DNA of 64,000 bases from Octopus sinensis (lineage: Eukaryota). Where the stretch lies: positions 19,530,001-19,594,000 of the forward strand of contig NC_043014.1 of assembly GCF_006345805.1 (NCBI RefSeq), read 5' to 3'. Shown in pieces: positions 28,512 through 42,864 of the stretch (positions within the stretch are counted from its first letter, which is position 1; every line of letters begins with the position of its first letter). The notes beneath the pieces were generated by a model. It was not told the origin of the DNA, made no database searches, and was given only the letters and a program-made list of their open reading frames with translations. Both the position numbers and the translations under genes were made by a program.

Positions 28512-28952
28512 TTTGTACTACGGACACAAAGCCTGAAATTTTGGGGGAGGGGACAAGTCGATTACATCGACCCCAGTGATTCACTGGTACTTAATATATC
28601 GACCCCGGAAGAATGAAAGGCAATGTCAACCTCAGCGCCATTTAAACTCAGAACCTGAAAATGGACGAAGCATTTTATCCCCCGTGTTAAGGATTCTGTC
28701 AGATTGCCGCATTTACTGAAAATAATAATGCTTTCTTCTATAGGCACTAGGCCTGTACTTTTAGTGAGGGAACACTAGATGATAACATCAACCCCAGTGT
28801 TTCATTGGCTCTTAATTTATCGAACCTAAAGGGATGAAAGTTAAAGTCGGTCTCGGCAGAATTTGAACTCAGAGAACGTAGCGGCAAACGAAATGAATAC
28901 CGCTAAGCATTTCGCCCGGCGTGCTAACGATTCTGCCAGCTCGCAGCCTTAA
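28512..28952 (-). mobile_element. Two tandem copies of tRNA-derived SINE family B
   Basis: Each copy carries the TCGACC..GAA..ATGAAAG...GTC(A/G)(A/G)(C/T)CTC(A/G)GC domain and ACTCAGA (B box, reversed). The second ends ...GCTCGCAGCCTTAA next to (AAT)n. Confidence 0.8.
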
Positions 28953-29717
28953 AAATAATAGTAATAATAATAATAATATAATAATAATAATAATAATAAT
29001 AATATAATAATAATAATAATAATACACGATATAATAAGAAATGTAAGGTTGAACTTTCTCAAGAAACTTAGCATTGTCTATTTTTATAGGGTTCAGAATG
29101 CTTTACAGTTTGATATAGATGCTTCTCATTTCGGCTTGATCAAGATCCAAAAGTCACTATTTTACATAAAAAATATATCCATAACTATATAGAGCTGCAT
29201 GTGTTCAATGTACCTACCACGAGTTAAGAAACTCAATCCAGCAAAATATCAGCAATTCAGAATATAATATTGTTTAAACGCGTTTGGTTTAACACACCGA
29301 TATATCACTAAAAATTTGTTCATAATATCGGCAATGAAAACAAGTATATATGGACACCCATTTTCTCTTTTATTTATCTATTTCTGGACAGGTTATCTTA
29401 CCATCTCGGTTATTCAGTTCATTAGTATATGTTCAGAATTTTTGATATCAGCTAGCCACATGTCGATAAGTGCATTCGTATTTACACCGACTCAATAAGA
29501 CACAATGCAAGATCTGGTTTAAGAACAAACTCTAATTAATCTTGGACAATAGATATTATGAATAAAGTATCAATGAAAATTCAACTACCATATAATTAAT
29601 ATTCTCCATACGGAGACTTTTAAACAATATCCACTGATAATAATTAACTAATAAATTCTCCTAGAAAGCTTCATCATATTGCATTTGAAAGCTTGTACCA
29701 TAATTCAGTATGATTTA

Positions 29718-29810
29718 TTTACCTACCTACCTACCTACCTACCTACCTACCTACCTACCTACCTACCTACCTACCTACCTACCTACCTACCTACCTACCT
29801 ACCTACCTAT
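29718..29810. repeat. (CCTA)n microsatellite
   Basis: Directly visible. Source of the YLPT ORF. Confidence 0.97.
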
Positions 29811-30767
29811 GTGTCTGGCTAGCCATCTCTCCCTTAGCTGGCTCAAGCTAGCTAACTATATACATATATATCCATCTTTATACATTTGTATGTTTGTACA
29901 CACACGTGTTGACATGCCATCAGTAGTGACGTCAATTATGTATGTGTTAATCAAATGTATTCAAAATAATGAAAATATATGTTGTATGTTATATTGCTAA
30001 TATATAGAAAGTAAAAGTTGACGTTTATTTCAAGAGAAGCATGTTTACTGTCTTACTAGCTGTTATTACAGGTTCATATATTTATTTATGGTTATACTAC
30101 AAACGTTCATAAATAATTATATCGAAACTTAGTCATAGAGTCTCTCTCTTTCTCTCTCTCTCTCTCTCCCTCCCTCTCCCTATATCCCTTACGAGAGGTT
30201 AGAGGCCACCGGCCATTTGTGTCTGAAGAAACGCAGTAAAGCTAAGCGCTTTATGAAAGAGAAACTCAGGGTAACTCTTTAGACCGACCCTAACTATCTT
30301 TATCTAATTACCCTGCTGCTCCTTAAATTCGAGTGTGCTTCTCTTTCAGATTTATGATTTAATGATGATACATACAAACACACAGACACACACACACACA
30401 GACACACACGCACACATACACACACACATACACACACACGCGCACATATATATAAAGAGGGAGAGAGAGAGAGAGAAGATACATATATCTTATAAAGGAA
30501 AAGGGATGGATATAAACAGTGTGAGAATTATCTTGTAATGAAGATTTTGGAGAAGTGTTATTCAAGCTCCCTTTGGATTATGTTTGTTGTTTACATTGTA
30601 CTAGGTATAGTGATACATTTGCGTTTTTATCGTTTTATTAGAATACCTTTAGCTGCTCCACAACATGGTACCAGGTTCACTCCCACCTCGTGGCACCTTA
30701 GGCAGGTGTCTTCTACCATAGCCTCGAGCTGACCGAAACCTTGAGTGTGGGCTAGAAGAGACACATC

Positions 30768-30799
<32 letters not shown>

Positions 30800-30898
30800 G
30801 TATGTATGTATATATAGATATGTATTATACATATATGTATATATATGTATATATATATATATGTATATATATATGTATAAATATATACATATATGTAC

Positions 30899-30989
<91 letters not shown>

Positions 30990-31132
30990 ATATATACGTA
31001 CATATATATATATACATATATATACATATATATATATATATATTATATATATATATACATACACTCACAACACACACATATATATATATATATATATACA
31101 TGCACTCACACACACACATATGCCCTTCAGGT

Positions 31133-31490
31133 TACCGCTGTCTCACAAAAAACATAATTTACAAGTGTACAGTGTCAGCTGCTAACTGTAACTACATGCA
31201 TATTGGCTCATGCTGCCCAACCTCCAAAGCTAGATTGAGCAACCGCTACTCCAGTTTCATGTCCCAAACAAAATCCAGCAGTACATCATTATTTCAGTGT
31301 ATCAATAAACTCTTTTACAATCTCAGGTCGTCCATAGTCACTTACGTCAAACCATACAGTAGCTATAAGTGTGATCTCTGCATAGCTGAGGACTATGCTA
31401 TTTTGCAATCCACGGATTGTCTTAACGGACGCAACAGTATAATCTTTATCTGCAAACATCGATCACTAAATCTAATTTCTAAATGCAAAT
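31133..31490 (+). mobile_element. Penelope-like GIY-YIG fragment
   Basis: [13 protein letters not shown]...MHIGSC...[11 protein letters not shown]...CDLCIAE...CLNGR...CKHR in the C-terminal half of ORF 30893-31492. Confidence 0.8.
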
Positions 31491-31592
31491 AACGACTCCA
31501 CCCCGCCTTCCCCTCTAACCTTCGTAAATGTTCCCTCTTATTTAACTCTGTTGCCATTATATATTAAAGCAACACTGTATCTTCCCGTTGTA

Positions 31593-31865
31593 GAGGCACA
31601 TGGCCTAGTAGTTAGAGCAGCTGATTCGCGGTCGAGGGATCGCGGGTTCGAATCTCTGACCGGGCGATCTGTGTGTTTATGAGCGAAACACCTAAGCTCC
31701 ACGCATCTCTGGCAGAAGATAATGGCGAACTTCTGCTGACTCATTCGCCACAACTTTCTCTCACTCTTTCCTCCTGTATCTTGCAGCTCACCTGCAACGG
31801 ACCGGCGTCCCGTCCAGGTGGGGAGCCTATACACCAAGGAAACCGGTAAACCTTATGAGCCAGGA
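31593..31865 (+). mobile_element. tRNA-derived SINE
   Basis: GAGGCACATGGCCTAGTAGTTAG (A box) ... GGTTCGAATC (B box), then a body ending CCGGTAAACCTTATGAGCC. Confidence 0.85.
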
Positions 31866-32730
31866 GAAGGAGCAAAAAAAATATTTTCCCATTAATTCCT
31901 TTTTGTCATTTATATACTTCTTTCTGTAGCTTTTCTTACCATTTATAACATTTTTTTCTTTTATTCTTCCATTTAATTCCTTATTGTCATTTACTTCTCT
32001 CTTTAATTTTCCTTACCATTTACGAATTCTTTTTCTTTTATTTCACCTACCTCCCCTTTCTGCCCCCACTTTTTAAACTTACAAGTATATACGCAAGCAT
32101 ACACCCCTACCATTTCATCTTGTAAACTCGCTCACCGCACACAATATACACTCCTTAATGATTGCTAAATGAGTGCTAGTTAACAGCAGCCACGATTCCT
32201 GCCCATTCTATCTTGCTTTCTACATGCATACCTTTTCTCCCACTTGATCAAAAATATTTCCCCACTCTCTTCCCTCCACATTGTCTTTTTTTTCAAATAC
32301 CACACCCTTTTAATTTCTGTGATTCAGCCAAAATAGCCCTATTGAATATTCTTCTTCTTCTCACTCCCTTATGATTTTTCTCTTCTTTATCCTACTTTCT
32401 ATCCTAATTCCTCTCTACATTTATATTCTCCAGTCCTACTGTGCTCTCTATACATCCTGTTTGAATCTTCCATGCATTAACATGTAGCTCCTTTCGACAA
32501 TGTAAACTTTCCTTTAATCAAGATATCCTTGGCCTAAAGAATAGCCTGCAGTATATACCTCACATGGATATTTACCACTTCCGAGTTACCGCTCACTACG
32601 AAATATTTGTAGCCCGGATCTTATCTACTCCATTCCTTAGCTCTTGCATTCTTATTCGCCTACCGTGAAATATAAAAAGAACTTTTTTAGCTTTCCGTCT
32701 CAATAAACCACTATTCTCTCTCTCTCTTTG

Positions 32731-32794
<64 letters not shown>

Positions 32795-33894
32795 GTGTGT
32801 GTGTATGTATATAAACTGTCATTGAGTAGAATTTCCATGACGTCAGCGCAGTTTTGTAACATCCTGTTTTTGCATTTATAAATATTGAATTGTAAAACAA
32901 AACAAAACAAACAGTGTGGATTGAAGTTAAGGTTGAGAGTGCTACCACATAGAAGAGCAAATGGCCATGTTTATCTGTGCATTTGTATATGCGCATGTGT
33001 AGTATCAGAAGCCCACACAGATATATATGTATACAAATAGATCACTCGATCGATAGATAGGTAGCTAGACAGAGAAAGAGAGCGAGAGACAGATAGACAG
33101 ACAGAGTGCAATATGTTTGTCAGTTAATATAAGTGTGCGTCGGCTTGAAATTGATATGTAAGTGAACATAGAATGATCTAAAGAGTGTTATGGCAAAACG
33201 GATATGTTTATACAAATAGAAATAAAAATAAAGACCTGTATGGAAAGACTAAAAATATATTTGATAAACGTCTATTGATGATACCCAAATAGCCAAAGAT
33301 ATATTCAGGGAAGATCAGCGGCTGAAAAACTCTCAGATAAACCTCCAACCAGAAAACGACAGAAAAATTGAAAGAAAATAAACTAAAGCGGTTCTCCAGC
33401 ATGGCTACAACCAATTTAATAACCAATAAAACAAAAGAGAGAGACAGGTAAGAGAACTACAAGAGTGGTCTATTAGTTTGACGGGCAGAAAAAAGTAAGA
33501 GTCTTTAAAGTTTCATGCTTACTCTCTTCTATAGATATGAATGAGGAGGGGAAAACAGAGAGAGTAAAAGAAAAAGAAAAGAGAAACACGTAGGAAAACA
33601 ACACCTGTCTAGATTAATGGTTACATATGTTGAATACACACACACACACAGTGGCATACATGTGTGCGATGGACTTCCACACAGTTTCCGACTACCAAAT
33701 TCACACACAAGGGCCCAGAGGTAATATTCATGTCACTCATCAAGGATGTCGCGCAGTATGACTGATCCACGTGGCTGCAATGTGATCTCCTTAACCACAC
33801 AAGCATGACAATGATTTGTATTATCTTCATATTTACATTCTGTTCGCACGTAGTACGAAACTAATACTTTACACATTTCTGTTTAAGAACTGCA

Positions 33895-34197
33895 TACGCT
33901 TTTCTGTATATATACATGAATGGCCATGGAATTGCACCTAGAAAGTTACCCTCCGAGGCACCAGTCTGGGCAAGGTTGTTTATGGAAGACCAGCAGTCGC
34001 CTCTCCACGCCACCGATGTTATCCAAGGGAAAGGCAAAGGGGCCGATACAGCTTGGCACCTGTAACGTCGCAGCTCATTTATTAACGTGCAAGTGGCTGA
34101 GTACTCCACAGACACGTGTACCCTTAACGTAGTTCTCGAGGAGATTCAGCGATATTGCGGGGCGGGGGGAGACACACAAACATATACATACACATAC

Positions 34198-34228
<31 letters not shown>

Positions 34229-34395
34229 TACGACGGGCTTCTTTCAGTTTCCGTCTACCAAATCAACTCACAAGGATTTGATTCGGCCCGAGCCTATAGT
34301 AGAAGACACTTGCTCAAGGTGCCACGCAGTGGACTGCACCCTGAACCATGTGGTTCGTAATCAAGCTACTTACCACACAGCCACTCCTACGCCTA
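33895..34395 (-). mobile_element. Composite of SINE fragments (three families joined)
   Basis: 33910-34070 is one repeat body, 34080-34145 matches the SINE at 2268-2585, and 34231-34394 matches the family A head. Confidence 0.7.
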
Positions 34396-34905
34396 TGTAT
34401 ATCTATATACTCCATATACATAAGCTAAGATACTCTGACAACGAGACATTCACTCTCACATAAGCAAATTTATACCCCCCTCCACAAACATATATGTATG
34501 AGAAAGAGAGAGTCAAAAATAAAAACATAAAATGTCAAGCAAAAGTCAAATTCGGACGTACAAAATACGTACAAAATGGAAAAGAAAAGGAAGAACGAGC
34601 AGATAGTCTGAGAAAAGGACGTGTGTCATTACATAGCCGAAGGGGTGAGAGAGAGAAAGAGAGAGGGAGTGAGTGAGAGAGAGAGAGAGATAGAGATAGA
34701 GAGAGAGAGATAAAGCAAGGCAGATAAAGAATTAACAGTTATAAACTTGTACACAGATAGGGAAGGAGAAGGTGAGAGTTTAAAACTTCTGCCTCACACA
34801 CGGTGAAGGTGAATCCATTGATAGAGTAGGGGGAGAAGGAATGAAAAGAGAGAGATTGGTCTAATAGAGTTAGGAGCAAAGATTTTCAACAAATTTAGTT
34901 AGAAT

Positions 34906-34957
<52 letters not shown>

Positions 34958-35480
34958 ATGTATATATATATATGTATGTATAAATGCATGTATGTGTATA
35001 TACACATACATATATACATGAGTGAGAGAGAGACAGAGAGAGTGATGAGCAAATAGTAGACAATACAGTTACAGAGACACTGAGAGATATGCGTCGAGAA
35101 AGACAGAAGGACAGACGCAAAGAGAGCGATGAACGAAATACAGTTTAGAAATCAGACAATAGAATAAAAGGCCATAAATAGGTATACTGTGTAATCTTGT
35201 ATCTTCTTATAGCTTTAACACAATGTATATTCAATTAGCTTTCGAATGCTTTCTAATATAGCTGATGTACTAAGCATTGTTTCAGACTATTGAAAGTACT
35301 TCATCAGAAATCGTTATATTAATATTACAGATCATTAACATAATACTCAAGGCTATTACTTTCTATTACGTACGTCTGTTTCATCACATTCGATTCTGTA
35401 TAATCTCACGTTTCTGGCATTGGTTTGCGTATAATATCTTGTCTCAAATGAATAAATAAATAATAATAATAATGATGATG

Positions 35481-35546
<66 letters not shown>

Positions 35547-35585
35547 GTAATAATTACAGCAACAATAATAATATCATTAATATTT

Positions 35586-36630
35586 TAAGGCAGTGAACGG
35601 GCAGAAATTTTGGACGCCGGGCGAAATGCTTTGCGGTATTCCGTCCATCATTATGCCACGCCACCCCAAATTGCAGGCCTTGTCGCTGCAATAGACTGGA
35701 TTATTATTAAGGCGTTGAGCTGGTTACATCATTTGCACGCCGGGCAAAATACTGAGCGGCATTTCGTCCGTCTTTACGCTCTGGTTTCAAATTCTGACAA
35801 CTTTGCCTCTCATCCTTTATGGATCGATAAAATAAGTACCAGTTTAAAAGTGGGGTCGATATAGTAGACTTACTTCCTGCCCCGGAAATTCTGGATTTGT
35901 GCCAAAATGTGAACTCATTACTAAGGCTGGTATAAATGTTAGCACATCGGGCAAAATGCTTTGCGGCATTTCGTCCGCCTTTGTGTTCTACATCTAGATT
36001 CAAATGATTGACTTTACCTTTTATCCTTCATGGATCGATAACATGAGTACCAGCCAAACTCTGGGGCCGATTTAATCGATTTAAGCCATCACCTTAAATT
36101 GCTGGCTCTCTGCCAAATTTGAAATCATTATTGAGAAGGCAGCGAGCTGGTAAATCATTAGCATGCCGGGAAAAATTCTAGAGGGTATTTTGTCTGTTGA
36201 TACTTTCTGAGTCGAAATCCCGCCGAGGTGAGGTCGACTTTGCCCACCATCCTTTCGGGGTCGATAAATTAAGTGCCAGTCAAGTACTGGGATTGATGTG
36301 ATTGATTGTTCCCCTCCCCACAAAAATCCAGGCATTGTGCCTATAGTAGAAAGGATTATTATTGCTATTAATGACAGCTTATAAGATATTGGCAGGGTGT
36401 TATACGAAGCGCCTCGCCCTATTTGGCTGATCTTTTTTATGTTCCGGTTCAGGTCCTTCCTGGTCCTATTTTTGCCTTCTAGCATTCTTAAGTCAATATT
36501 CTTTTCTACTCTAGGTACAACGCCCGACATTTTTGGAGAGGGGCCAGTCGATTAGATCGAACGCAGTACGCAACTGGTACTTAATTTATCGACCACGAAA
36601 GGATGAAAAGCAAAGACGACCTCGGTGGTT
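35586..36630. mobile_element. Cluster of five SINE family B copies (four on +, one on -)
   Basis: Heads (T/C/G)(T/A)AAGGC at about 35586, 35708, 35920 and 36135 on +, mostly separated by short ATT runs. Inverted partial copy at 36495-36630. Confidence 0.75.
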
Positions 36631-37597
36631 TACTAAGTCAATATTAAGTTAATTTGATGAGGAAATGTGTAATAATAGATATCATATAACCTGTATTAAA
36701 TAATCATTTTTACTTCTTTAATGCATTTCAGATACAAGAAAAGATTATAAACAAAAATAGATGAATTCATATTTGATTAGTAGTATAGTTTATTTTGAAG
36801 TCATTTGAGAGAGATAGACGGCAAAATGATGGATGTGTCTGAAAAGTAGAAAAGCAAGATGATACTTGAAAAAGATTTTATCGATAATGTGTACTTAATT
36901 ACTGATTCTAATTAGAATGAATCCTACTAATAGAGCTTTGATATATTCAATGACAAATAAAAATGATAGAATATTTAAAGGACCTACTTCTTTTGTTCGC
37001 AGATAGTCTGTGATTGGCTGACGTATGTATTAGCGGCTTTGTTTCATTGTGGCATTGAATTTAATGATTTTATTCTAGGTCTCCTATCTTATAATGACTT
37101 TGCTTGTGTGCATAATACGTCCGTTGTGTATTTGAGATGCCTCAGTTCTACCATTATACGTACGGTGTTTCCATATTTTTGTGTCGTGAATCTACCGACA
37201 AACCAGAATCAACCTGCGTGACAATCATCATTCTCTTCTTCCTTTCTTCATTTCTGCAACACGCATGATCATATCTGATCCCAAGCTCACTAATCGTTAC
37301 TAATAAGCATAGACACAGACACAAATATATATTATACTATTCTTGAATTACGTACTGCTGCAAGCTAAACTCAAATGTATCACTGAGCATTATAATTTTA
37401 GAGGCGCTCCTCCCCTCTTTTGACTCTGGGTGCTGTTTTGACTCTGAAGGGGTTCATCCTGACTTCGTGTTTTTATATCTTAATCGACGCGTAAACTACC
37501 TACTCTCCGAACAGTCCCTGGTAGCGGGAAGAGGGTGGTGATTTTGTTGCAGACCAGTCGATCGAGTGCAAATATTACTTGAGTAAATTCTCGCCTG

Positions 37598-37866
37598 TAC
37601 GCGCGTGATCTAGTAGTTACGCTGTTGCACTCTCGGTTGCTAGATCAGGAGTTCGATTCCCAAACCGATCGGCACATTGTGTTTTTAAGCAAAATACTTC
37701 CTTTCTCGTTGCATCAGTCTCCCTTTTCATCATAGGGGAAAATTGACTTGCTCACCTAGCTCACAGTGTGGCGCATTCGAAGGCTAAAACGATGCAAACT
37801 GCATTGTGACCACCAGCGATGTATAATACTATCTGATAATCTGGACGATCGCATGATCACGTGATG
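37598..37866 (+). mobile_element. tRNA-derived SINE, degenerate
   Basis: GCGCGTGATCTAGTAGTTA...GAGTTCGATTCCC head with a tail ending GATCACGTGAT. The same tail occurs at 38753-38870 and 39553-39670. Confidence 0.7.
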
Positions 37867-37869
37867 TAA

Positions 37870-38044
37870 GTGCCGACACTCGGACCTTGAGATGCAATGT
37901 AGTTGTATAAGAATTATATATATATATATAATTTAATTTAATTTATGTTATTACTTGTTCAGATTGTGAACATAACTAAATAGGACAGGATGTAAGTGCC
38001 GACACTCGGACCTTGAAATGCAATGTAGTTGTATAAGAATTATA

Positions 38045-38089
<45 letters not shown>

Positions 38090-38345
38090 AATTTAATTTA
38101 TGTTATTACTTGTTCAGAATGTGGACATAACTATATAGGACAGACACGTATGGCACTGAAAAGGTGAAACAGACTACATAAGGAATACATTCCGTTTCCG
38201 CAATACAGACAGATTTCTTTGAGTGAACACATAGAGAGATGTGCACGTAATATACAGCCAAACTTCACAGTTTTCCCCATCTACCGGTACAATGAAACAA
38301 TTTCTGTACAAGAACGTCTAAATATAGAAAATTCGTTCATCAAAA
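37870..38345 (+). mobile_element. Penelope-like GIY-YIG fragment (different family), partly duplicated
   Basis: NLIYVITCSECGHNYIGQTR...QYRQISLSEHIERC...FTVFPIY...RLNIENSFIKKY. An approximately 125-bp 5' piece is repeated (37865-38110), and the whole is repeated again at 38890-39145. Confidence 0.8.
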
Positions 38346-39669
38346 AATATGAACACATAACCGACATCGGTCTCAGTCTATATTTCAGTACTTGATGACA
38401 TACCAATCACTGTACGTATTTCATCACACTACTTTAGCTTTTCATATATATATTGATCCCCTCCCCGAAAGATGAGCAATTACCTCCCCTGTTCTCAATA
38501 ATAACGACCAACAATTACTTCCCCTTAGATATTTTTACTTGTTGTAACATTCATTCACGAACAGCATGGACTAGAACTTTCTGAAGAAAATACGAAATTC
38601 CAATAATTTCAATGACATTATTAGCGAAAGTGAAACCGGTCGACAAATACAACACTTTTTCACTTATAAAATATATTTAATTGCATTGCAATTCACGAGG
38701 TGGAGATAATCCCTTTTTGTTACAACTATATATATATTATATATATATATATTGGCCTGCTCGCTTAGCCAGCGGGGTGGCGTCATTCAAAGGCTAAAAC
38801 AATGCGAACGCATTGTGACCAGCGATGTGTAACGACATCTGATGGCCTGGTCGGTCACGTGATCACGTGATATATATATATATATATATAATTTAATTTA
38901 TGTTATTACTTGTTCAGAATGTGGACATAACTATATAGGACAGACACGTATGGCACTGAAAAGGTGAAACAGACTACATAAGGAATACATTCCGTTTCCG
39001 CAATACAGACAGATTTCTTTGAGTGAACACATAGAGAGATGTGCACGTAATATACAGCCAAACTTCACAGTTTTCCCCATCTACCGGTACAATGAAACAA
39101 TTTCTGTACAAGAACGTCTAAATATAGAAAATTCGTTCATCAAAAAATATGAACACATAACCGACATCGGTCTCAGTCTATATTTCAGTACTTGATGACA
39201 TACCAATCACTGTACGTATTTCATCACACTACTTTAGCTTTTCATATATATATTGATCCCCTCCCCGAAAGATGAGCAATTACCTCCCCTGTTCTCAATA
39301 ATAACGACCAACAATTACTTCCCCTTAGATATTTTTACTTGTTGTAACATTCATTCACGAACAGCATGGACTAGAACTTTCTGAAGAAAATACGAAATTC
39401 CAATAATTTCAATGACATTATTAGCGAAAGTGAAACCGGTCGACAAATACAACACTTTTTCACTTATAAAATATATTTAATTGCATTGCAATTCACGAGG
39501 TGGAGATAATCCCTTTTTGTTACAACTATATATATATTATATATATATATATTGGCCTGCTCGCTTAGCCAGCGGGGTGGCGTCATTCAAAGGCTAAAAC
39601 AATGCGAACGCATTGTGACCAGCGATGTGTAACGACATCTGATGGCCTGGTCGGTCACGTGATCACGTG

Positions 39670-39680
<11 letters not shown>
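38075..39680 (+). repeat. 800-bp tandem duplication (two units)
   Basis: TGTTATTACT at 38101 and 38901; GATCACGTGA at 38861 and 39661. No difference was seen by eye between the units, including the (TA)n lengths. Confidence 0.95.
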
Positions 39681-39702
<22 letters not shown>

Positions 39703-39956
39703 ATGCCATTATACGTACTTATAAATTTCAAGAAACATGAAATAATTCTTTTTAGAACTTTGGATCTCGAAACAGAAAAGTTATAAATAATACTGTGTAA
39801 ATAGTGCATTAAAAATAATCTTTTGGTTACACACGAAAATAGCATCGTTATTTATGCGTTTCACAATTTCTATACATTTCTCACAAAGACTACCGCAATG
39901 GAAGACAAATATATTTCAAGCGCTTTTCGTTTGAATTCTACGTTTGTTGTCTATAG

Positions 39957-39990
<34 letters not shown>

Positions 39991-40673
39991 CAGCAGTTGT
40001 ACTAGTCCTAGTAATGCATTTACTGCATCTTATGGCACACCTAGGTCTCTGTGACCTTTTCGTTCTCTCCACCTCATTGCAATCGTCACCATCTTCTTGC
40101 TACTGCAGTTGGTACCAACACAAACACTAACTGCTACTAATATTATCACCACCACTACTACTACTACAGTTTAGAAACAGCGTAAATTGATACCGCTTTT
40201 CAATCAAAGACCCTGTATTCGAAGGCACTCTCCCTGTGCAGCACAATAGATTCGACTTTCGAAAGCAATTAGTGTAAAACATTCTCTTACCGACGTCACC
40301 TATTGATCAGTCAAAGATCTAACCAAGGTCGTCGTCTTCGTCATCTTTGTTGTTCTTCTTCGTGTTGCTTTTATTCCGTTGCTAATGATTTTCTTTGTCT
40401 CCCTATATCATTGTTATTGCTGATTCTGTCTGTTGTTACTCTACTTTTCGCTCGTTTTTCTAATTTTCTTTAACACTCAATATTGTCATTGTTCTTGATT
40501 TTTCTGCTGTTGCCACGGCGTTGCTGTTGCTATCATCTTGCCTATTGTTGCCGTTGCTGTTGCTGTTGTTACGACCACGTAAACTTCACTTGTCCACCCT
40601 GGTTCTTAGCAGTCACAGAAACGAAGCCTTCTGCAGATCAGCACTATAGCTATGATACGATGATACGGCACAC

Positions 40674-40709
<36 letters not shown>

Positions 40710-41694
40710 TATTGTTATATCAATTTTTCCCTCTATCTACAATACAAGAAACTTGCCAAAGATTTCATGTAGTGGGACCGAACTCAAAGTCACGGTATTG
40801 CGGAGCAGACTTCTTATCCCCACAGCTATACCTGTGCTTCATACTAACCGATGGTAAAATACAAGCAGATATACACATACAAAAATAATGATATTTTACA
40901 CCGATTTGATAAAGAAGTGTAAATCTGTTTAAATCTCACTCTAAAATCTTGATTGAAAAACTTTGTTATTTGCCCTGGAATATTAAAATTTAAATCTGCC
41001 CGGACAGAAATTGAACTGAGAAAGTAAAGTCACGAATTTCAATAAGAGACAATCCACAGGTTTTGCTATCAGCTGCTTTTTATTATAATTGCAATCGTTT
41101 CTAATATTCCTAACAAGCTCAGACGTTAGTGGAAGGAGAGATGTAGTAGAATAAATCGATACATCGTGTTCACTGGTAAATAATTTGATCGATTCTGGCT
41201 GAATTAAAGGCAAATTCAACAGCGGTGGTATTTGAAATATTAGTAAATCCTAGAAGAGATTTAGTCCAAAGTTCGTTCCACTGATTCTCAAAAGCATAAT
41301 AAAGCATAACGAAATACCGTATTTGGTTTGAGAAAGATTACCATCAGGTATAAAAGGAAGGAACCTCGTAAATTGGTCTGTTAATCGAAATTAACAATGA
41401 AATTTCTCAATAAATCGTAAAACGTATCTTATCGACATCAACATGTAATTATTCACAAAAATAATGAACGATTTGTATTCTAATGGGAAAATTATGAAGA
41501 CGCCATTAGTATACATTTTATTGGTTGATAAGATCTATTATGAGAAATCTTACACACCATATAACAAATATCTGCATCGCTTGGGTTGATCTCATGGAAG
41601 TATAATATGCTGTGTGGAGTGAAAAGGACACACAAGCACATATTTTATATTCACAAACATATACATACATTGCATACGATAGATAGATAGATAA

Positions 41695-41785
<91 letters not shown>

Positions 41786-42864
41786 TATAGATAAACAGAC
41801 AGACAGGGTTTTTTGATAACTGTTCATAAAGCCGTTCTTTGAAATCTGCCACTAGGTATCATTGTTTTAGAAGAAATCACTTTATATATATTGCTTCAGT
41901 CATGTAAATGGTGGTTGTGTGGGGATCGGCGGTGGCGGTGGCGGTGATTTGGTGGTGGTAATGTATGATAAAATATATGTATGATTATGTAAAATATACA
42001 TCATTCTGGTTAACGCAATTAAAATGGTGTTAAACTTCAGTCTTCAAAATTCTTTACTCCCAGATAATTCTATAACGCTACAGAAAACATCTATAAAACA
42101 ATACAAGCAATGCTACAAAATTATCCCAAGGTAACTTTCCTTCCCATTCACTCATATAGAAGGTTATTAGAACACTTCAAAACACAGCTACAACGCCATC
42201 TTAATGAAATTATTCCATCACAGTACATATATGAAAACAATCAAATATACCAGCTGTTACAATATCATTAGGCGTACGTAAACTCTGCGCTGTAATGCTC
42301 AGCGACTCTAAGGACCGAGAAATAATAAATGAGTTTTCTATAGTCACTTCTGCATTAGGCAACGTCTTAGTTTAATAGGAAATATCTGCAGAACAGAAGA
42401 GATATAAAATTCTTATACATTGCATCTCATATAATAAATCTCTGCAAGTCTGAATGTTCTATGTAATCTACAAGAAGTCAATTGCTTAACATCTGAATCA
42501 GACGTTGTTGTCGGGCAAAATAACACCTTCCAGTCGTCTGTTCGAAAAGGAGTTGGCGGAGAAAAAAAACTACAACGATATCACTCACTACGTTCTGGCT
42601 TGTGTAGCACTTACACAGCGTAATGTATTCTTACACGTTGTTGTGTGAATTGTATAAAGTGCTTCCGTACCGGTTGCTGGTCGTGTAGTGTACGCGTTGT
42701 GGAGTTATAATGTTGGGTATCGATTATTTATACAATATGTGTTGCTTTATTTTATTAGGTTGTTACACTGAGAATATATGGTGTTTCAGGAATGTTATCT
42801 TATTGAGCAATGACTATATTCGACTGCTATGCGTTGCTGTATGCCAGGCAGTGTATATTTTTGG

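Noticed and set aside
35265-35315. Minus-strand CTGATGA...GAAAC
   Set aside because: Helices I and III cannot be formed.
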